Below are positions 57,627 through 64,000 of a DNA stretch of 64,000 nucleotides, one piece after another; the first letter of the stretch is position 1, and every line of letters starts with the position of its first letter. The notes under the pieces are model-generated. The model saw only the letters and a list, made by a program, of their open reading frames with translations, made no database searches and had not been told where the DNA came from. A program made the translations under genes and the position numbers. This stretch comes from Candidatus Eiseniibacteriota bacterium (GTDB lineage Bacteria > Eisenbacteria > RBG-16-71-46), in the NCBI GenBank assembly GCA_963707915.1, contig OY970178.1:3559635-3623634 (forward strand). Reading direction: 5' to 3'.

Positions 57627-58025
57627 TCAGGTGATGGGAGGTGACTCGAAGGACTCGAGGACCACGGCGGCGGCCGCCAGGTCCGGGGTGTGCGTGAGCG
57701 AGACGAACAGCCGGCCGGCGAGGCGCTCCCGGGCCCGGGCCGCGAGCCGGCCGTGCAGGACCAGGTCCGGGGCGCCCGAGGGGGCGCGGCGCACCTCGAC
57801 CTCGCGCCACGAGGCGCCGTCACGGTCGGCGGCGTCCAGGGCCTTGAACAGGGCCTCCTTGGCCGCGAACCGCGCGGCGTAGTGCTGCGCCGGGGAGCGC
57901 TCGCCCTCGCAGTCGGCGATCTCGCCGGCGGTGAAGAGCCCGGCGGCGAAGTCCCCGGGGTCACGCCGCAACTCCCGCTCCATGCGCGCCACCTCGAGCA
58001 CGTCCACGCCGATGCCGACGATCAT
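57627..58025 (-). CDS. acpS: Holo-ACP synthase (4'-phosphopantetheinyl transferase)
   Basis: [34 protein letters not shown]. Confidence 0.93.
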   Translation of the reverse strand: MIVGIGVDVLEVARMERELRRDPGDFAAGLFTAGEIADCEGERSPAQHYAARFAAKEALFKALDAADRDGASWREVEVRRAPSGAPDLVLHGRLAARARERLAGRLFVSLTHTPDLAAAAVVLESFESPPIT

Positions 58026-58123
58026 CGTTCTCCGTTCCCGGCGCCCGCCGGGGCCCGCCCGGGGGTGCCGAATCGCCCTCACACGGCCGAACGCCCGCGG
58101 GCAGGCGGGCGGGTCGGCCGGAC

Positions 58124-58152
58124 ATGGTGGCCTGCCCGCGCGGGGGAGTCAA
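58124..58152 (-). promoter_or_regulatory. Putative sigma70 promoter of the acpS-acs-acp-kbl operon
   Basis: Minus strand TTGACT-17nt-CACCAT. Confidence 0.5.
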
Positions 58153-58250
58153 ACCGCCCGGTTCGCGCCGGAGCGCGTGCCGGGTGATGCCCCGCGGCGG
58201 CCCGAAAGTTCCCCTTCTCAGGCCGCCGCGCGCTTCCTAGAATGGAGGCG

Positions 58251-59243
58251 ATGCCCGCGAACCTGACCCCCCAGTACCGCGAAGCCGAGGAGCGCTTCCG
58301 CGCGGCCACGACCCACGAGGAGAAGCGGGTCGCGCTGCACGAGATGATGGCCCTGTTGCCCAAGCACAAGGGCACGGAGAAGCTGCAGGCCGACCTGCGC
58401 CGGCGCCTCGCGAAGCTCGAGGAGGAGGCCGAGCACGGTGCCCGGGGCGGCGCGCGCCGCATCGACCCCGGGCACGTGCGCCGCGAGGGGGCGGGCCAGT
58501 GGGTGCTGATCGGGCCGCCCAACGCCGGCAAGTCGGCGCTGCTCGCCGCGCTCACCCACGCGCACCCCGAGGTGGCGCCCTACCCGTTCACCACGCACGC
58601 GCCGCAGCCGGGCATGATGCCGTTCGAGGACGTGCAGGTGCAGCTGGTGGACACGCCGGCGGTGACCGCGGCGCACACCGAGCCCTACATGGCGAACCTG
58701 GTGCGCAACGCCGATGGCGTGCTGGTGGTGCTCGACCCGACCGCCGACGACCTGGCCGGATCGCTGGCCGCCTGCCGGGGGCTGCTCGAGCGCGGGCGCG
58801 TGTGGCCGCAGGAGCGGCCGCTGCCGCCCGACGCCTCGCCGCTGCTGGTGGTGCGCCCGGTCCACGTGGTGCTCAACAAGGCCGACCTCGACGCCGACGG
58901 CACGTTCGTGGCGCTGGCGCGCGAGTCGGTCGGGGAGGAGCTGCCCGGCTTTCGCGTGTCGGCCGAGCATGGCCACGGGCTCGAGGAGTTGCGCGGGCGG
59001 CTCTTCGCCGACCTCGGCCGCGTCCGCATCTACGCGAAGGAGCCGGGCAAGAAGCCGGACTTCGCGCGGCCGTTCGTGCTGAAGGACGGGGCGACGGTCC
59101 ACGAGCTGGCGCTCATGGTCCACAAGGACATCGCCGAGAAGCTGCGCTTCGCGCGCATCTGGGGCCACGCCCGTTTCGACGGCCAGCAGGTGGACCGCGA
59201 CCACGTGCTGGCCGACCGCGACGTGGTCGAACTGCACGCCTGA
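58251..59243 (+). CDS. OBG/DRG-like GTPase with C-terminal TGS domain
   Basis: MPANLTPQY, PKHKGTEKLQADL, G1 GPPNAGKS, G2 YPFTT, G3 DTPA, G4 NKAD, TGS RIYAKEPG...VHKD..ARIWG..D.D.VELH. Confidence 0.9.
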   Translation: MPANLTPQYREAEERFRAATTHEEKRVALHEMMALLPKHKGTEKLQADLRRRLAKLEEEAEHGARGGARRIDPGHVRREGAGQWVLIGPPNAGKSALLAALTHAHPEVAPYPFTTHAPQPGMMPFEDVQVQLVDTPAVTAAHTEPYMANLVRNADGVLVVLDPTADDLAGSLAACRGLLERGRVWPQERPLPPDASPLLVVRPVHVVLNKADLDADGTFVALARESVGEELPGFRVSAEHGHGLEELRGRLFADLGRVRIYAKEPGKKPDFARPFVLKDGATVHELALMVHKDIAEKLRFARIWGHARFDGQQVDRDHVLADRDVVELHA

Positions 59244-59404
59244 GGCGGAGCGGGCGCGGCGAGGTCGTGGGATCAGCCCTTTGTCGGCCGATTTCGCGCC
59301 GGGGGGGTGCGGAGGCATAGTCGGGGCACGGCGGGACCTTGCCGCACCCCTCGGAGCCTCGAGCGCCCGCCAGCTCGGGCACCGTCCAGCCTGGAGGCCG
59401 CAAC

Positions 59405-60304
59405 ATGGGTCGTGTCCTGCAGTCTTCCGCACTCCTGGTGGCCGTGACCGGGATGCTCCTCTCCATGAGCCTCCCAAGTCCCGCCGCGGTCCCGCCGCTC
59501 CTCTACTCATCTCCGGAGGGGTGGATCTGCACTCAGATTCCGATCCTCGAGCCGAACGGCGGTCCGGCACGCTACTTCATCCTCGGCAACGTGACCGCGG
59601 ACTCCTTCAGCGTGTTCCGAGCGGATGACTTCACGCGGGTCGCGGGCATGTACGGGGACTTTGGCGGGGTGTGCGACTTTGCCGGGATCGGCATCTGGTG
59701 TCTGGGCGACGTGGACGCCTCGGGCCGCGACAACCTGCTCCTCGCGATTCCCGACGGAGCCTACTCGGGCGCACCCGAACACGAGCGCTGGGGCAACGTG
59801 GTCGTCGCGGATCTGACGGACCCCATGACCGTGACGTACGAGTGGCGGCCGGAGTGGGAACCCGATGCACCGAGCTACGCCGTGAGGTATGTCGGGGCGA
59901 CCGCGGGATCGAACGATCTCAGGTTGATGCTCAACCAGCGGATCTCCGACACGCAACAGCAGATGCTGGTGTACTCGTTCGGCCCGGCCACCGCCGCGGT
60001 CGAGAGGTCCTCCGGTCCGGTCGGGAAGTCGCTCCAGCTCAGACAGAACGCACCCAATCCGTTTCTCGGCGGCACGACGATCCACTACGAACTCGGCGAG
60101 CCGGGAGTGGTGCGGTTGCGGATCTTCGATGTCGCAGGGCGGCTCGTTCGCGCCACGCCCGAGAGGAAGGAGCCTGCCGGGGCGCGCGCGTTCCGCTGGG
60201 ACGGGACCGCGGACACCGGCGCACGGGTCTCGCCGGGGACCTACTTCTACGAGCTGAGTGTCGACGGCCGCAGCCAGACGAGACGGATGGTCCTGCTCCG
60301 CTAA
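59405..60304 (+). CDS. Exported hypothetical protein with FlgD-Ig tail
   Basis: GGAGG SD; signal peptide; one FG-GAP-like GDVDASGRDNL motif; QNAPNPF..DVAGRLV..WDG..GTYF. Confidence 0.75.
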   Translation: MGRVLQSSALLVAVTGMLLSMSLPSPAAVPPLLYSSPEGWICTQIPILEPNGGPARYFILGNVTADSFSVFRADDFTRVAGMYGDFGGVCDFAGIGIWCLGDVDASGRDNLLLAIPDGAYSGAPEHERWGNVVVADLTDPMTVTYEWRPEWEPDAPSYAVRYVGATAGSNDLRLMLNQRISDTQQQMLVYSFGPATAAVERSSGPVGKSLQLRQNAPNPFLGGTTIHYELGEPGVVRLRIFDVAGRLVRATPERKEPAGARAFRWDGTADTGARVSPGTYFYELSVDGRSQTRRMVLLR

Positions 60305-60366
60305 GGCGGCGACCCGGCACCGATCCCCTCGATGCCGCTCCGGAGGCCCGGCGGGCGGGTCCCCGC

Positions 60367-63096
60367 CTACCGGGCCTCCAGTTGCTCCAGCAGCTCGCGC
60401 TCGATCGCCGGCAGCTGGTGCGCCGGCTGCCAGGTGGCGATGTTCGCGCGGAAGGTCCACTCGGGGGGCGCGTCGTTCGCGATGCGCTCCCGGACCGGCG
60501 CCCACGCGGCGGTGGCGGCGGCGGCGTTCCCTGCGCGCTGCTCGGCAGCGCCCAGCACGATGCGCGCAAGGTCGCACCACGGCCCCAGGTCCAGGGCCTG
60601 GCGCGCGTGCTGCCGCGCGGCCACGATGTCCCCGGACCGCAGGGCGAGCAGCCCGCGCAGCGCCTCGGCGGTCGGGTCGCCCTCGTCGAGCAGCTTGGCC
60701 TCGTCGAGTTGGTTGCGGGCCGCGTCGAGCCGCATGGCGCGCAGCAGGTCGAAGGCGTAGTCACAGCGCAGGTCCACGACGCCGGTGCGCAGCCGCACGG
60801 CCTGGTCGTACCCGGCGAAGGCCTCGTCCCAGCGCCTGGCGAGAGCGAGGCTCGAAGCGCGGGCCCGCAGGCCGTCGGGGCTGTCGGCCTGGCGCGCGAG
60901 CACCGAGTCCGCGGCCGCCAGCGCCGCCGGCGCGTCGCCCCGCACCCACGCCAGGTGCGCGATCTCCAGATCGACCAGCGGGCGGTCCTCGGTCCGCACG
61001 CCGGCGCGCCGCGCTCTCGCCAACGCCAGCGCGGAGTCGAGCCCGCGGCCGCCGTGCCAGGTGGCCTCGGCCGCCTCCGCCAGGATCGCGCCGCTCGCGG
61101 GACGGGCGGCGAGCGCCCGCTCGGCGGCCGCCAGCATCCCGGGGCGACGGTTGCCGAGGTCGAGCGCGCGCGTGTGGGACAGCAGGGCGTACTCTTCGTC
61201 GGGTTTCAGCGCCAGCGCCTTCTCGTAGAAGGGCAGGGCCGCATCGACGGCGCCGCGCCAGAGGCGGTCGTCCCCCGCGTTGACGTAGGCCACCGGATAG
61301 CTGCCGCTCACGTCGGCCGTGGCCATGAGGCGCTCGACCAGGGCCATCAGCGCGGGGTCCTTGCGCTCGAGCCGGCCGCGCACCTCGGGACGCGGGTCGT
61401 AGGCATCGCGCTCCACGGACAGCAGGGCGTTGGCCCCCTCGGCGAGGTACTCCTCCACGGCGACCGCGGAGTAGCGGGAGATGAACGCGTCGTGCGTCGC
61501 CTCGTCGCGCGCCTTGGTCCGGCGGTAGAGGTCCTGGATCTCGCGCGACTGGTCCGCGGTGAGCACGGCGTGGACCTGGTGGGTGAGCTCGTGCAGCACG
61601 GTGTTGTAGCGGTCGAAGATGGTGGCCTCGACGTCCTCGATGCCGGTGACCGTGTGGTAGCCGCCCGAGCCGCGAACGTCGTCCCAGAGGCGCGAGTCGT
61701 AGCTGATGCGCTGGTCCTTGAGGGTCTCCTGCCCGGGGACCTCGGAGAGCCGCATGTACATGGGCTTGATGTAGAAGTCGGCCCCGCCGGCGAGCAGCAC
61801 CGGGACGAACCGACGCCAGGGCGCGATGGACAGAGCCACGCGCTTCTGGTGGCGCGGCGAGAGCGACTTCCAGTTCACGACGAAGCGCTCGATGCCCGGC
61901 ACCTCGGGCACGGCTGCGGCGGCGAGCCGCGACTCGCAGGCAGGGCGATGCACGTCCACGTCGAAGCGCTGGAACTGGATCGCCTTGGCGAGCACGGCGT
62001 GGGCGCGGCCGTACTCGGGGCACAACGCGAGCGAGCGGACGCACAGCGTGGCGGCCTCGCGGTAGCGGCCGTCCTCGAAGTCCAGCGAGGCGAGGCGCAC
62101 GGGCACGTCCGCCCACCCGGGATGGGCCGCGCGCAGGGCCTCGTAGTCGCGGCGCGCCGCCCGTCGGTCGCCCGCGAGGGCAAGACGGTCGGCGGCGGCG
62201 AGCGCGGCCCTGCCGGCCCGGTCGGTCTCGGCGAAGGCCTTCGGGTAGGCCGCGAACAACTGGGTGTAGCTCTTCCGCACGGTGTAGCCGTTGCCGCGCA
62301 TGTAGTGCGCCATCTCGCCGTACGGCCCGAGCCGCGTCGCCCACTCGGCGGCGGTGATCGCCTCGTCGGTGCGCGCGACCCGCAGCAGCGCCTGTGCCAG
62401 CGTGGTCATGGCGTCTCCGCAGCCGCCGCGCGCGACCGCGCGCTGCGCGGCGGCCAGGGCGCCGTCCCAGTCCCGCAGGCCGTTGCGTACCTGCGCGAGC
62501 CCGATGAGCGCCGTGTCGCGCGCCGCCGCGGGGTAGCCGGCCGCCGCGTCCCCGACGCGCTCGAGCGCGCGGGCGTAGCAGGACTCGGCCCGCGCGTAGT
62601 CCATCCGATTGCCGGCCAGCCGGGCGGCCGCGAGCAGATCGGGGATGCGTGGCGCGGGCTCGTGCAGGACCGCGCGGGTCAGCGTGTCCACCCGGGCGAC
62701 GTCGTCGTGCGCGAACAGCCAGGCCAGCGTCGCCTCGCGCTCCTCGTCGGTGGGGGAGGCGAGCGCGGCGAAGCGGCGCGCCAGCGGCTCGGCGGCGGCG
62801 TAGTCCTGGCGCGCCAGCAGCACGCGGAAGCGCGCCAGCGCCACCGCCGCGGGGTCGCCCTTCAGGCTCGGAAGGGCCGCGTACGCTTCGTCCACGCGGC
62901 CGAGGCGCATGAGCAGCGCGATGCGCTCCGGCGTCACGTCGGCGGGCAACCGGTCGAGCGCGGCCTGGTCCTGCGCGTAGCGCGCGACGACGGGGGCGAA
63001 TAGGCCCGTGTCGGGTGTGGCCTGGGCGCGGACGGGCGCAGCCCACGAAGCGGCAATGCAGGCGGCCAGCGCGCCGCACAGCAGCGCGTTCCTCAT
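60367..63096 (-). CDS. Exported TPR-repeat protein with central zincin (HExxH) metallopeptidase-like domain
   Basis: Signal peptide (AxA); Ala-rich TPR helices on both sides; VLHELTHQVH and downstream EEYLAEG. Confidence 0.75.
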   Translation of the reverse strand: MRNALLCGALAACIAASWAAPVRAQATPDTGLFAPVVARYAQDQAALDRLPADVTPERIALLMRLGRVDEAYAALPSLKGDPAAVALARFRVLLARQDYAAAEPLARRFAALASPTDEEREATLAWLFAHDDVARVDTLTRAVLHEPAPRIPDLLAAARLAGNRMDYARAESCYARALERVGDAAAGYPAAARDTALIGLAQVRNGLRDWDGALAAAQRAVARGGCGDAMTTLAQALLRVARTDEAITAAEWATRLGPYGEMAHYMRGNGYTVRKSYTQLFAAYPKAFAETDRAGRAALAAADRLALAGDRRAARRDYEALRAAHPGWADVPVRLASLDFEDGRYREAATLCVRSLALCPEYGRAHAVLAKAIQFQRFDVDVHRPACESRLAAAAVPEVPGIERFVVNWKSLSPRHQKRVALSIAPWRRFVPVLLAGGADFYIKPMYMRLSEVPGQETLKDQRISYDSRLWDDVRGSGGYHTVTGIEDVEATIFDRYNTVLHELTHQVHAVLTADQSREIQDLYRRTKARDEATHDAFISRYSAVAVEEYLAEGANALLSVERDAYDPRPEVRGRLERKDPALMALVERLMATADVSGSYPVAYVNAGDDRLWRGAVDAALPFYEKALALKPDEEYALLSHTRALDLGNRRPGMLAAAERALAARPASGAILAEAAEATWHGGRGLDSALALARARRAGVRTEDRPLVDLEIAHLAWVRGDAPAALAAADSVLARQADSPDGLRARASSLALARRWDEAFAGYDQAVRLRTGVVDLRCDYAFDLLRAMRLDAARNQLDEAKLLDEGDPTAEALRGLLALRSGDIVAARQHARQALDLGPWCDLARIVLGAAEQRAGNAAAATAAWAPVRERIANDAPPEWTFRANIATWQPAHQLPAIERELLEQLEAR

Positions 63097-63348
63097 GGCG
63101 ATTCCCTCGGGATGGGTTGGGATGCAGTCTGACCGCGCGAATGTAGGAGGCGGCGCCGGAAGTGGTCAATCGGCGGGGGGGGGAGCGCCGGGGCGGGCCG
63201 GGAGCGCGCCTCGGGGGGCTCCGCGCGCCGGCGAGCCAGGGACTGGCGAGCCGGGGTTGCGCGCGGCGCAGCGAAGGTGAGCCAGGGATCGGCGAACCTG
63301 AGCGGCCCCCGGGGCGCGCTCCCGGCCCGCTCCGGCGCTGCAGCGCTT

Positions 63349-64000
63349 CTACGTGCCCGGCACCAGCACGGCCGCGCCCTGCAGCTTCCCCTCGCGCAGG
63401 CGCGCCAGCGCCTCGTTCGCCCGCTCGAGCGGGAACGTCACGGTCTCGGTGTGCACCGGGATGTCGGCGGCGATCGCGAGGAACTCCTCGCCGTCGCGGC
63501 GCGTGAGGTTGGCCACCGAGCAGACGGTGCGCTCCTGCCACAGCAGCTCGTAGGGGAACGCGGGGATGTCGCTCATGTGGATGCCGCCGCACACCACGAT
63601 GCCGCCGCGGGCCACCGCCCGCAGCGCGGTGGGCACCAGCGCGCCCACCGGGGCGAACAGGATCGCGGCGTCCAGCTCGACCGGCGCGCGCTCGTCGGAG
63701 CCGCCCGCCCAGGCCGCGCCGAGTCCGCGCGCGAAGCGCTGCGCGGCCTCGTCGCCGGGGCGGGTGAAGGCGTAGACCTCGCGCCCCTGCCAGCGCGCGA
63801 CCTGCGCGACCAGGTGGGCCGCCGCGCCGAAGCCATAGATGCCCAGCCGCTCGGCGTCGCCGGCCTTGAGGAGCGAGCGGTAGCCGATCAGCCCGGCGCA
63901 CATTAGGGGCGCGGCGGCGACGTCGCCGAAGGCGGCCGGCAGCGCGAGGCAGAAGCGCTCGTCGGCGACAACGTACTCCGCGTAGCCGCCGTCGAGCGTG
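63349..64000 (-). CDS. Zinc-dependent alcohol dehydrogenase family protein, 5'-truncated by window edge
   Basis: DGGYAEY, AAPLMCAGLIGYRSL, GIYGFGAAAH, VCGGIHMS, SVANLTR. Confidence 0.92.
   Translation of the reverse strand, partial: TLDGGYAEYVVADERFCLALPAAFGDVAAAPLMCAGLIGYRSLLKAGDAERLGIYGFGAAAHLVAQVARWQGREVYAFTRPGDEAAQRFARGLGAAWAGGSDERAPVELDAAILFAPVGALVPTALRAVARGGIVVCGGIHMSDIPAFPYELLWQERTVCSVANLTRRDGEEFLAIAADIPVHTETVTFPLERANEALARLREGKLQGAAVLVPGT

Overview
A very GC-rich bacterial chromosomal segment with about 46 CDS and one tRNA-Gly(GCC). No integrase, transposase, prophage or CRISPR array is visible. Four exported proteins carry a C-terminal FlgD-Ig/T9SS-CTD-like tail, which suggests a non-Bacteroidota FCB-group lineage such as Ca. 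Eisenbacteria; this is inference only. The dominant theme is peptide and amino-acid scavenging and acetate/acyl-CoA metabolism: two OPT transporters, three MFS including an MFSD1-like one, PepD, an M16 pair, an aminotransferase, a Cys/Met lyase, AckA and an ACD-GNAT fusion. Three loci stand out. (1) An acpS - AcsA-like adenylation enzyme - ACP - KBL-like alpha-oxoamine synthase operon, possibly an ACP-dependent acyl + amino-acid condensation pathway. (2) A signal peptide-NADAR-Kelch fusion, a GNAT and a divergent PARG-like macrodomain in tandem, a possible ADP-ribose-reversal module. (3) A feoB - 9-Cys small protein - feoA operon. About 12 single-base insertions at 28.2-28.7 kb and 55.6-57.45 kb break four genes and are most likely sequencing or assembly errors.
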